From NCBI GenBank assembly GCA_964570285.1, contig CAZMXP010000028.1:74-64073 (forward strand): 64,000 nt of DNA. The letters run 5' to 3'. The translations under genes were made by a program, and so were the position numbers. Shown piece after piece: positions 21,283 to 29,740 of this stretch (the first letter of the stretch is position 1; every line of letters starts with the position of its first letter). The notes under the pieces are model-generated. The model was not told where the DNA came from. It ran no database searches and saw only the letters and a program-made list of their open reading frames with translations. The stretch comes from an uncultured Planctomycetaceae bacterium (GTDB lineage: Bacteria > Planctomycetota > PLA2).

Positions 21283-21816
21283 ATGAAGAGCAGCGCAACG
21301 ATCGACCTCCACGTCCCCGAGCAGCAGACCGAGGGGGGCTTTTTCGTCTCCCGCCTCGACGCGCTGATCAACTGGAGCCGCAAGAACTCCCTCTGGCCGC
21401 TGCCGATGGGGCTCTCCTGCTGCGCGATCGAGTTCATGGCCGTCGCCTGCTCGCGGTACGACCTTGCCCGCTTCGGAGCCGAGGTCGCGCGGTTCAGCCC
21501 GCGCCAGGCCGACGTGATGGTCGTCGCGGGGACGCTCACCTACAAGATGGCGGACATCGTCCGCCGCGTCTACGAGCAGATGGCCGAGCCGCGCTGGGTC
21601 ATCGCGATGGGCGCCTGTGCGAGCAGCGGCGGCATGTTCCGCTCCTACCCGGTCGTGCAGGGCATCGACGAGATCGTGCCCGTGGACCTCTACATCAGCG
21701 GCTGCCCGCCGCGGCCGGAGGCCGTCCTCAAGGGGCTCATGACGCTGCAGGACAAGATCGGCCGCGAGAAGCCGGGGCAGGCCGTCATCGACCAGGTCAA
21801 GGAAGTACTCGCGTAG
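21283..21816 (+). CDS. NuoB paralog (NADH-quinone oxidoreductase subunit B / NiFe-hydrogenase small-subunit-like), stand-alone
   Basis: 177 aa with all four N2-cluster Cys motifs ([21 protein letters not shown]). Divergently transcribed from nuoA; no partner nuo genes are adjacent. Confidence 0.8.
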   Translation: MKSSATIDLHVPEQQTEGGFFVSRLDALINWSRKNSLWPLPMGLSCCAIEFMAVACSRYDLARFGAEVARFSPRQADVMVVAGTLTYKMADIVRRVYEQMAEPRWVIAMGACASSGGMFRSYPVVQGIDEIVPVDLYISGCPPRPEAVLKGLMTLQDKIGREKPGQAVIDQVKEVLA

Positions 21817-21864
21817 GGCGGCCCACCGAGGGAGCCGCCCCGCGGCCGCGGGAGGGGGGATCGC

Positions 21865-22422
21865 ATGCGTGCATGGCTCGCCGGTGCGTTGTTGTTTGGA
21901 TTCGCGGGGGCAGCGGGGGCCGAGGGAGGCCCGGACGCGCCGTCCACCGAGGACCTGCCTTTCGAGTCGCTGGACGCCGATGGCGACGGGGCCTTCCGCC
22001 CCGCGGACATCGTCAAGCTGAGGACGAAGCCCTACGTGGATGCGATCGACAAGGAGGACTTCGAGGTCTTGCAGGCCTGGGCGCGCAGCTCCGCGGCGGT
22101 GAGCGTGCCCAAGGGGTGGTTCAAGGACCACTTCGAGCACGCGGCGATCTGGACCTTTCTCTCCCCGCTCGACCTCCCCGTCGGCTGCTTCCACGGCGCG
22201 ATGGACGTGAACACGCCGATCGGGGCGGTGCGGAAGCTCGAGGCGCAGGCGAAAGAGGCCGGCAAGTCCAGGATGGAGTTCCACTACTTCGACGACCTCG
22301 ACCACTCGCTGAACATCGGCGAGTACTTCGTCCACGGCCGGATGCCCGCGGGCCATCAGGCGATCTTCGACTTCCTCCGCCGTCAGACCGCGCCGAGGCC
22401 GGGCGCCGCAGTCGATCGCTGA
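21865..22422 (+). CDS. Secreted hypothetical protein (signal peptide, EF-hand-like DADGDG, alpha/beta-hydrolase C-terminal-like segment)
   Basis: N-terminal signal [19 protein letters not shown]. Motifs DADGDGAF and HGAMDVNTP...DHSL. Confidence 0.45.
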   Translation: MRAWLAGALLFGFAGAAGAEGGPDAPSTEDLPFESLDADGDGAFRPADIVKLRTKPYVDAIDKEDFEVLQAWARSSAAVSVPKGWFKDHFEHAAIWTFLSPLDLPVGCFHGAMDVNTPIGAVRKLEAQAKEAGKSRMEFHYFDDLDHSLNIGEYFVHGRMPAGHQAIFDFLRRQTAPRPGAAVDR

Positions 22423-22457
22423 GCGGGCCGCGGTTCCATGGCGGCTCCGGAGGACGA

Positions 22458-23024
22458 ATGGCGGAGATCTACGTAAGCACAGACGTCGAGGCGGACGGCC
22501 CCATCCCGGGGCCCAACTCGATGCTCAGCTTCGCGTCGGTCGCGTTCACGGCGGCGAAGGAGCTCGTCGGCACCTTCGAGGTCAACATCGCCACGCTTCC
22601 GGGCGCCGTCGGAGACCCGAAGACGATGGAGTGGTGGCGCAGCCAGCCCGAGGCGTGGGCCGCCTGCCGCGCCAACCTGCGTGAGCCCGCCGAGGCGATG
22701 CGCGAGTACGTAGGGTGGCTGAAGTCGCTGCCGGGGAGGGCCGTCTTCGTCGGCTATCCCGCCGCCTACGACTTCAAGTTCGTCTACTGGTACCTGATCC
22801 GGTTCGCCGGCGAGAGCCCCTTCGCCCACTCGGCCCTCGACATCAAGACCTACGCGATGGCGCTGCTCGGCCGCGAGTACCGCGAGGCGGTCAAGCGCAA
22901 CATGCCCAAGAAGTGGTTCGACAAGCTCCCCCACACCCACGTCGCCCTCGACGACGCGAAGGGGCAGGGGGCGCTGTTCTGCAACATGCTCGCGGAGCGG
23001 ATGCGACGGGGGGGACACCCCTGA
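22458..23024 (+). CDS. DnaQ-like (DEDDh) 3'-5' exonuclease domain protein
   Basis: STDVEADGP (Exo I), YPAAYDFKF and the C-terminal HVALDDA (Exo III, H..D) motifs. Confidence 0.7.
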   Translation: MAEIYVSTDVEADGPIPGPNSMLSFASVAFTAAKELVGTFEVNIATLPGAVGDPKTMEWWRSQPEAWAACRANLREPAEAMREYVGWLKSLPGRAVFVGYPAAYDFKFVYWYLIRFAGESPFAHSALDIKTYAMALLGREYREAVKRNMPKKWFDKLPHTHVALDDAKGQGALFCNMLAERMRRGGHP

Positions 23025-23048
23025 CCGCTTGCCCTCCTTGGGAGTGAT

Positions 23049-23594
23049 CTACGCCGGAAAGATCTCCGCCACGCGGATCTCGAACCCGGGAACGACATCC
23101 TCGCCGCCGAGCACATCCTGCCCGGTCAGCAGTCGCGCGCCCCCACGGCGGTGCGCTGTCACGCTCAACTTCTTGGGGTCTACAACCCAGACCAGCGCGC
23201 ACCCCGCATCGAGCCAGTCGCGAACCTTGCTCTTGACCGCGCCCGCCCGGTCGTCGGGCGAAAGCACCTCCACGGCAAGATCGGGAGCACCGATGACGTA
23301 GCCATCATCCGGGGGCGCGCCGGAACGCTCCTTGCGGATAAACGCGATGTCCGGGGCACGGACGGTGTCGGGGTCGCGCGAGAGCAGGAAGCCGGTCTCG
23401 GCGGCGACGAGTACGCCCAGTCCAGCTTTCTTCACATGATTGCCGAGCAGCAGAGTGAGTTCGACGGTGATCCGGCCATGGCGGTTGCCCGCCAGCGTCA
23501 TCATGATCAACCCTCCCCTCACGAGCTCGCACCGGCCGATATCGCCGGCTGCCATGAGCTGCTCCGCGGAGGTAATGTTGCGCGTCGATACCAT
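23049..23594 (-). CDS. Uma2-family (DUF820) PD-(D/E)xK endonuclease
   Basis: APDLAVEVLSP plus downstream K match the Uma2 restriction-endonuclease-like core. Confidence 0.75.
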   Translation of the reverse strand: MVSTRNITSAEQLMAAGDIGRCELVRGGLIMMTLAGNRHGRITVELTLLLGNHVKKAGLGVLVAAETGFLLSRDPDTVRAPDIAFIRKERSGAPPDDGYVIGAPDLAVEVLSPDDRAGAVKSKVRDWLDAGCALVWVVDPKKLSVTAHRRGGARLLTGQDVLGGEDVVPGFEIRVAEIFPA

Positions 23595-23599
23595 CGCAC

Positions 23600-23932
23600 C
23601 TACACCGAGAACGACTCCCCGCAGCCGCAGGTCCCCTTCGCGTTCGGATTCACGAACTTGAATCCGGCGCCGGTCAGCGCGTCGGCGTAGTCGAGTTCGC
23701 TGCCGTTCAGGAAGAAGAGCGACTTCTTGTCGATGTAGACGCGGAAGCCGTCCCGCTCGAAGGTCTCGTCCCCCTCCCCGGGCCCCTCCCCGATCTCCAT
23801 CTTGTACATGAGGCCGGAGCAGCCGCCGCCGGCGACCTTCACGCGGAGCCCGGGGGCCATGAGCCCCGCCTGCGCCGCGACGAGATCCTTGCCGCGCTTG
23901 GCGGCGCGTTCGCTGATCGTGAGACTCGGCAT
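23600..23932 (-). CDS. A-type Fe-S carrier (IscA/ErpA/HesB family)
   Basis: 110 aa with a conserved Cys in GGGCSG and a C-terminal CGCGESF. Confidence 0.8.
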   Translation of the reverse strand: MPSLTISERAAKRGKDLVAAQAGLMAPGLRVKVAGGGCSGLMYKMEIGEGPGEGDETFERDGFRVYIDKKSLFFLNGSELDYADALTGAGFKFVNPNAKGTCGCGESFSV

Positions 23933-23939
23933 AAAGTCA

Positions 23940-25103
23940 ATGATAGCATCGGTTTCCAGCTTGGCGATCTACCTCGACCACCACGCGACGACGCCGCTCG
24001 ACCCGCGCGTGCTCGACGCGATGATGCCCTACCTGCAAGGGAAGTTCGGCAACGCGAGCAGCCGCAGCCACAGGCACGGCTGGGAGGCGGAAGAGGGTGT
24101 GGAGGGGGCGCGGGGGCAGGTGGCGCGGCTGCTCGGGGCCGATCCGCGCGAGATCATCTTCACGAGCGGCGCGACGGAATCGAACAACCTCGCGATGCTC
24201 GGCCTCGCGGCGTTGGGGCGCTCCCGCGGCGACCGCATCCTCATCAGTCCGATCGAGCACCCCTCGGTAACCGACGCGGCGGAGCATCTCGCGACGCGCG
24301 GCTTCCGCGTCGATCGCCTGCCCGTCGACCGGCTCGGCCGCGTCCAACCGTTCGACGCCGGCGAGGGAACCATCCTCGTCTCGGTGATGCTCGCGAACAA
24401 CGAGGTCGGCACGATCCAGCCGGTCGCGGACCTGGTCGCCGCGGCGCGCGGCGCCTTCTTCCACACCGACGCCACGCAGGGCGTCGGCAAGATCGAGTGG
24501 AGCGTGAAGGGGTCCGGCGTCCACACCGCCTCGCTGACCGGGCACAAGATGGGCGGGCCGAAGGGGTGCGGCGCCCTCTACGTCCGGAAGGACTTGCAGC
24601 TGCCGCGACTGTTGCATGGCGGAGGTCAGGAGCGGGGCATGCGGCCGGGCACGCTGAACGTCCCGGGCATCGTCGGCCTCGGCGCCGCGTGCGGACTCTG
24701 CCTGCGCGAGCGAGAGGAGGAGAGCGCGCGGGTCGCGCGGCTTCGCGACCTGCTCCGCGAGAGGCTCATGGCGACGATCCCGGGGCTGCGGCGCAACGGC
24801 GATCCGGAGCGCTGCCTGCCGGGTAATCTCCACCTGACGTTCGACGGCGTCGACAACCAGTCGCTGATCGCGGCGCTGCCCGAGGTCGCCTTCTCGACCG
24901 GCTCCGCCTGCGCCTCCGGCGCGCTGGAGCCCTCCCATGTGCTGAAGGCGATGGGCGTGCCGCCCGCCTCCGCGCGCTCGTCGGTCCGGTTCGGCCTCGG
25001 GCGCTCGACGACGCAGGAGGAGATCGAGAGGGTCGCCGCGCTGGTGGGCGCCGCGGTCCGTCGCCTCCGGGAGGGAACCGCCCCCCGAGGACGGGCTTCC
25101 TAG
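23940..25103 (+). CDS. Cysteine desulfurase, NifS/IscS family (class V aminotransferase). Start uncertain; an alternative TTG lies at 23961.
   Basis: IYLDHHATTP, SGATESNNLA, SLTGHKMGGPKG (PLP Lys) and STGSACASG (active-site Cys). Confidence 0.8.
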   Translation: MIASVSSLAIYLDHHATTPLDPRVLDAMMPYLQGKFGNASSRSHRHGWEAEEGVEGARGQVARLLGADPREIIFTSGATESNNLAMLGLAALGRSRGDRILISPIEHPSVTDAAEHLATRGFRVDRLPVDRLGRVQPFDAGEGTILVSVMLANNEVGTIQPVADLVAAARGAFFHTDATQGVGKIEWSVKGSGVHTASLTGHKMGGPKGCGALYVRKDLQLPRLLHGGGQERGMRPGTLNVPGIVGLGAACGLCLREREEESARVARLRDLLRERLMATIPGLRRNGDPERCLPGNLHLTFDGVDNQSLIAALPEVAFSTGSACASGALEPSHVLKAMGVPPASARSSVRFGLGRSTTQEEIERVAALVGAAVRRLREGTAPRGRAS

Positions 25104-25173
25104 TCCTTCGGAATCCCGCGTGCCTCTGCCTCCGCGCGGCGGTGCTCGAGGCCCCGCGGATCGACCGCCGCGC

Positions 25174-25212
25174 GGACTGGAGCCGGCACCCGTGCGGGCG
25201 GCCGGCTCCAGT
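25174..25212. terminator. Bidirectional intrinsic-terminator-like hairpin between convergent genes
   Basis: GGACTGGAGCCGGC - 11 nt - GCCGGCTCCAGTC, a 14-bp perfect stem. It sits between the 3' ends of the desulfurase (+) and the PEP-CTERM gene (-). Confidence 0.6.
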
Positions 25213-25233
25213 CTCGCTCGCGGGCCCGCAAGC

Positions 25234-25791
25234 TCAGGCCGCCCGGCGCCGGCGGCGCCAGTAGCAGTAGCCGCCGAGCATCGTGAGGCAGAGGGCGAGC
25301 GTGCCGGGTTCGGGGGAGGGGGCGGGCGTGAGGCGGAAGTAGGCGTCACCGCCCCGGCCCTGGCCCGAGATCACGTAGATCGAGATCTGCTGCGTGCCGT
25401 AGCCGAGCAGGAAGCTCGCGCGACCGTAGCGACCGTCGAGCAGCGTCTGGTCCGGGTCGCTCGTGTCCACGGCAGGGATGCCGCCCGCTCCCGGCGCGCT
25501 GGTCACGCCGAGGGAGACGCCCCAGTTGAACACCTCGAACTGGTCCCCGGGTTCGAAGGCGTCGACGATCGTCAGGACGTAGCGACCGGCGAAGGTCCAT
25601 GCGGGATTGCCGAGGGCGACGGAGTTCCCGCCGCCGCTGGGGATCGCGAAGGTCCCCGCCGTCGCCTCGGTGCCGTTGGCACCAAAGCTGAATTCCTTCC
25701 AAGGACCGTCCTCCGGGACGATCGGATCGGCGAGCGCGAACTGGGTTGACACCAGCAGCGCCAAGGTGATTCCAAGCAGTCGCATTGTCAC
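25234..25791 (-). CDS. PEP-CTERM sorting-domain secreted protein (exosortase substrate). The probable ATG start is at 25785.
   Basis: Signal peptide, then a C-terminal PEP motif (PSPEPGT), a hydrophobic helix and RRRRR. Confidence 0.7.
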   Translation of the reverse strand: MTMRLLGITLALLVSTQFALADPIVPEDGPWKEFSFGANGTEATAGTFAIPSGGGNSVALGNPAWTFAGRYVLTIVDAFEPGDQFEVFNWGVSLGVTSAPGAGGIPAVDTSDPDQTLLDGRYGRASFLLGYGTQQISIYVISGQGRGGDAYFRLTPAPSPEPGTLALCLTMLGGYCYWRRRRRAA

Positions 25792-26121
25792 GTTGTGTCT
25801 CCTGTTGAGGTTGGCTTGCCAGGAGGCCGAGACTAAGTCAGGGTTTTTGGAGAGGCAACCGCGACCTGCCCCGGCGGATGCAAGTAGTCTCGAAACCGGA
25901 CTCAGACTGATACGAGCGTCCCGGAATGAGACGGTCGCAGCCGCGCACGGCGCGGACCCCGCGTCGGCGGAGAGCTCGCGGGCCTGCCGCCCGGCGTCGG
26001 CCTAGACCTGCTTCACCTCCGACGCCCGGCATGTCCGCCCACGCGTGCCAACCACGCCCGGGCACCGACAGCGAGGATCCTTCGAGTCGAGGGTCTGCCC
26101 GACGATTCGTCGGCCCCACCC

Positions 26122-26385
26122 CTAGAACTCGTTGCGCGGCCGCGCCTGGTCGATGTAGGCCTGCCGCGCGGCGGCGTACTCGGCGGCGGTCAGCGCCTCG
26201 ACGGGGAAGCCGTCGGGATCCTCCCAGATCCTCTTCAGGAAGGGGATGCACCAGCCGCAGCCGGTACCCGCGCCGAGGCACTGGCTCATCTGCGAGGCGA
26301 GCCTGGGACGTTCGCGACGCGCGTAGTGGACGAGCTTGCGCAGCGGGACGCGGTAGCAGTAGCAGATCAGCTCGTCGGGCTTCAC
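26122..26385 (-). CDS. BFD-like [2Fe-2S]-binding domain protein (GTG start)
   Basis: ICYCYRV...CLGAGTGCGWC matches the CxC...Cx2C BFD signature. Only the C-terminal 87 aa of ORF 26122..26655 look coding. Confidence 0.55.
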   Translation of the reverse strand: MKPDELICYCYRVPLRKLVHYARRERPRLASQMSQCLGAGTGCGWCIPFLKRIWEDPDGFPVEALTAAEYAAARQAYIDQARPRNEF

Positions 26386-26435
26386 GGGGGCAGGGGGCGC
26401 CCGCACGCGGCGGACGCCCCCGGGACTCCGGAGGG

Positions 26436-27341
26436 CTAGGAGCCCGCCTTCAGCTCGGCGAGCCGGGTCTCCTTCGACTTGAAGAAGCCCGCCGCCTGGG
26501 GATTGCCCCCGTAGACCGCCTTCGCGCCCTCGAGGGCCTGCTCGTAGAGCGTGGCGTCGTTGCGGAAGTCGGCATACTCCATGATCTGGAGCCAGAAGCT
26601 GCCGCGCTTCTGCTCGTCGGCGGGGATCTGCCCCTGCGCGAGCATGCCCGCGCACTTCTCGCCGACGGCGGTCTTCTGGATCTCGTCGAACCTGGCGTTC
26701 GCGAGAACTCCGCCGAGCGCCTTCTCCTGGGCCGGCGACAGCTTGCCGAGCGCGGACAGCTCCCCGTGCAGTTCCGCCACGGTCAGCCTGCCCATCTCGG
26801 CCCGCAGGATCGCGTAGTCGATCTTGGCCGTCTTGTCGCCGGACTCCGCCTTCTTGCGCAGATCGACGAACTCCATCGCCTTCCCGGCGGTCTTCGCGAA
26901 GCCTTCGGCCGAACGGTCGCCGCCATGCGTCGCGAGCACGCCGCCGTCCGCATCGAGCACGCAGACGTGCGGGAACCCGCGCCCGCCGACCTTGCCGAGC
27001 AGGTCGTCGTTGGCGCGCCCGGGGATCTGCGTCGTGACGTGCAGGAACATCACGTAGTCCTTCGAGAACTCCGCGAACTCAGGGGTGAGGAGGGCACCGC
27101 CCTCCAACGCGTTGCAGGGGGGTCATGGCGCATAGGAGCGGGTGAAGTAGGCGAAGATCACCTTCCCCGTCTCCTTCGCCTTCGCCTTCGCGGCGTCGAA
27201 GTCGGTCGTCCACGCCGCGTTGCCGACAAAGTCCTTCTTGAGCTTCTCGTCGAGCTTGTCCTCGAGATCCCCCGCCCGGGCCGCGGCCGCGAGCAGAAGC
27301 ACCGAGAGACCGGCCCCGAGCAGGGGCATCGTCCGTTTCAT
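26436..27341 (-). CDS. Secreted thioredoxin-fold protein with an in-frame TGA (putative selenocysteine, motif YAP-U-PPC), paralog 1. The track splits it into two ORFs.
   Basis: Signal peptide MKRTMPLLGAGLSVLLLAAAARA. Frame reads ...VIFAYFTRSYAP-TGA-PPCNALEGGALLTPEF... and is continuous with ORF 26436..27107. The amino acids on both sides of the TGA are conserved in paralog 2. Confidence 0.6.
27089..27105 (-). promoter_or_regulatory. Candidate bacterial SECIS hairpin, +18..+34 nt after the TGA of paralog 1
   Basis: mRNA GGAGGGC-GGU-GCCCUCC, a 7-bp stem immediately downstream of UGA. Confidence 0.5.
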
Positions 27342-28246
27342 TGGTCCTTCTCTCCTTTCTCGTCCTTGGCCGGAAGAGCGGCCAGTTGTTTCTCGAACGC
27401 CGCGGCCATCTCCGAGAGGCCGGGGGTCTTCTTCAGATCCTCGATCGCCGCCGCGAGCGTCCCGCGGTCGCCCTCCTTCACCGCCTTCTGCCCCAGTACC
27501 TGCCAGAAGAAGTACTTGAGCTCCGGCGTCGAGGGCACGCTCCCCTCGTCGTGCATCGCGGCGAGGTCGCGCAGCAGCACCGCGGCCTTCTCCGGCGTCT
27601 GCGCCCTGCCGAAGCTCTCCTGCAGCGAGGCGACGTCGCTGTCGACCATCAGCTGTCCGTACCACCGGCGCTGCGATTCGCTGAGGGTCTCCTCGTCGAT
27701 CTCAAGCTCGTCAAACGGCACCTGCCCGAGCTCGCAGCCGAGCAGCGCGGCATCGATCCTCGCCGCGTCGTCGGTGGAGGCCGCGAGCGCCTGCCAGCGC
27801 TTCACCGCCTCCACGGTCGCCGCGAGCCCCTGCGGGTCGAAGGGCCAGAGCGGCTTGCCGAGCACCTTGCCCTCGGCATCCATGATCGCGAGATAGGGCG
27901 TCCCCCGCCCCCCCTTCTCGATCAGCAGATCCTCGTGCTTGCGCTCGCTGATCCGCGTCGTGATGTGCAGGAAGGGCACGACGCCCTTCGCGAACTCGAC
28001 AAAGGCCTCGGAGCTGAGGGGCCCGCCCTCAACGCGCTCGCAGGGGGGTCATGGCGCGTACGAGCGCGTGAAGTAGGCGAAGACGAGCTTCTTCTCCTCG
28101 CCCGCGCGCGCAAGCGCCTTGTCGAAGTCCAACTCCCACGCGACCTTCTTCACGAAGGGCTTCTGCAGTTCCTTCGCGAGCTTCTCCTCGAGGGACTGCG
28201 CGGCCGCGAGGGCGGCGAGCGCGAGCAGCGCGATGAGCGGTCTCAT
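27338..28246 (-). CDS. Secreted thioredoxin-fold protein with an in-frame TGA (putative selenocysteine, UxxC), paralog 2
   Basis: Signal peptide MRPLIALLALAALAAA. Frame reads ...LVFAYFTRSYAP-TGA-PPCERVEGGPLSSEAFVEFAKGVVPFLHITT... and is in frame with ORF 27338..27979. Its stop overlaps the paralog 1 start. Confidence 0.6.
28015..28031 (-). promoter_or_regulatory. Candidate bacterial SECIS hairpin, +18..+34 nt after the TGA of paralog 2
   Basis: mRNA UGAGGG-CGGGC-CCCUCA. Same offset as in paralog 1, with compensatory base changes in the stem. Confidence 0.5.
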
Positions 28247-28257
28247 GGGCGTGGATT

Positions 28258-28596
28258 CTAGCTCTTGGCGAAGGTTACCGAGACCTTCGCGACGAGAATC
28301 CCGCCGGCGAAGACCTCGCCCTCCGCCGCACAGAGGCGGCGACCCTGCCGGAGCAGGCGCCCCTGCGCCTGGAGAAGTCCGGGGGGTGCGGGGGCGAGAA
28401 ACTGCGCGGAGAGGGAGACCGGCACGACCGCCTCCCCCACCGCCCGGGCCGCCGCGACCTCTCCCAGGGTCGTCAGCACCGCCATGTGGACGATGCCCGG
28501 GGCGGCCTCGTGGGCGGGTGCCAGCGCCTCCATCTCGATCGCGCCGGTCTCGCCGACGGCGCGCAACCCCAGCCCGCGGTTGAAGTCCTTCTCCAT
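28258..28596 (-). CDS. PaaI/4HBT-family hotdog thioesterase
   Basis: 112-aa C-terminal portion of ORF 28258..29034 with a hotdog-fold pattern (GIVHMAVLTTLGEVAAARA...). Confidence 0.65.
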   Translation of the reverse strand: MEKDFNRGLGLRAVGETGAIEMEALAPAHEAAPGIVHMAVLTTLGEVAAARAVGEAVVPVSLSAQFLAPAPPGLLQAQGRLLRQGRRLCAAEGEVFAGGILVAKVSVTFAKS

Positions 28597-28597
28597 G

Positions 28598-29683
28598 TCA
28601 GCCTCCAGGCGTGAGCAGGTAGTCCCTCGAGATCTCCCGGTACCACGCGGCGATGACCTCGAAGGTGGCGGCCACCTCCGCCTCCGACGCTCGCCCCTCG
28701 CGCACGGCGGCGAGCGACTCCCGGAGCGCATCGCGCACGCGCTCGCTGCCCCGCGGCCCGTCGGCGATCGACGCCGGCAGCGCGAGGCTCCGGTCGCCCT
28801 CCACCTGCGACGAGATCGACAGCACCGCGCGGTGCACCTCCGCGGCGTAGAGTTCCACGTCGCGCCGGTCGAAACTGCGCAGCACCGACGGCACCTGGAA
28901 CGCGGCGAACGCGACGACGACGAGCGCGAGGAGCGAGCGCGAAGCCCAGATCCACGCCCGGTCCACGGCCCCCCCCCACGCGCGCACCCCCGCCGCCCCC
29001 CAGCCGAGCAGGAGCCCGACACCGAAGCCGACACCGTGCGCGACGTTGTCGACTCCCGGGCGCAGGTAGCCGTAGCCGAGGATGAAGAGCGCCCAGAAGA
29101 GCATGCGGCGGCTCAGGTCGTTGTCCCATCGGCCGCTGCGGCGATACCCCCAGGCGGCGAGCGCCGTGATCAGGCCGCAGATGGCGCCCGACGCCCCCGC
29201 GCCCCCGTTGCCGGCGAGGTGGCTCCCGAGCGCGGCGAGAATCCCGGCGGCAAGGTAGATCGTCACGGTCCGGTGGCGGCCGAAGGTCGTCGCGGCGAGC
29301 GGCAGCAGCACGTAGAGCGAGACGCAGTTGAAGAGCAGGTGCATCAGGTCGAGGTGGAGGAAGACCGCCGTCACGAGCCGCCAGTACTGCCCTGCGGTGC
29401 CGATCAGCCACGGATGCGTCGCGCCCCAGAAGCTGACGGCGAGGTGCGAGGGGGCGAGCGCCTCCTGTTCCGGCTCCCCCCGGGCCGGGTCGAGCATGAC
29501 CATCAGCAGGTAGAGGATCGCGTGGAAGGCGATCACCCCGAGGCCGAGGCGGGAGGTCGCCTCCGCATCGGCGGCGGGGCTCGGCGCCGCGAGGTGGCGC
29601 GCATCGGTGCCGCAATAGGGGCACTCCCGCGCCGAGGGCTCGAGAAGTGCCCTGCACTTCGGGCAGACATGGACCGCGGCCAA
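28598..29683 (-). CDS. Rhomboid-family intramembrane serine protease with an N-terminal zinc ribbon (probable TTG start)
   Basis: CPKCRALLEPSARECPYCG ribbon; six or more TM helices; GASGAI catalytic Ser motif; NVAHGVGFGVG catalytic His motif. Confidence 0.75.
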   Translation of the reverse strand: MAAVHVCPKCRALLEPSARECPYCGTDARHLAAPSPAADAEATSRLGLGVIAFHAILYLLMVMLDPARGEPEQEALAPSHLAVSFWGATHPWLIGTAGQYWRLVTAVFLHLDLMHLLFNCVSLYVLLPLAATTFGRHRTVTIYLAAGILAALGSHLAGNGGAGASGAICGLITALAAWGYRRSGRWDNDLSRRMLFWALFILGYGYLRPGVDNVAHGVGFGVGLLLGWGAAGVRAWGGAVDRAWIWASRSLLALVVVAFAAFQVPSVLRSFDRRDVELYAAEVHRAVLSISSQVEGDRSLALPASIADGPRGSERVRDALRESLAAVREGRASEAEVAATFEVIAAWYREISRDYLLTPGG

Positions 29684-29740
29684 GGTCCCTACCCTATACT
29701 CGCGGGCGAATTGCTGCGGACTCCGCTTGCGCTGCTGCTG

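Noticed and set aside
27123-28246. Treating 27123..27665 and 28049..28246 as short stand-alone secreted peptides, and 26436..27107 and 27338..27979 as separate genes or a disrupted pseudogene
   Set aside because: Both paralogs conserve the amino acids on both sides of the TGA, including the region upstream of the called downstream start codons. Both keep the same frame and have a hairpin at the same offset. An independent nonsense mutation at the identical codon in two paralogs is unlikely, so Sec read-through is the favoured explanation (pending sel-gene evidence).
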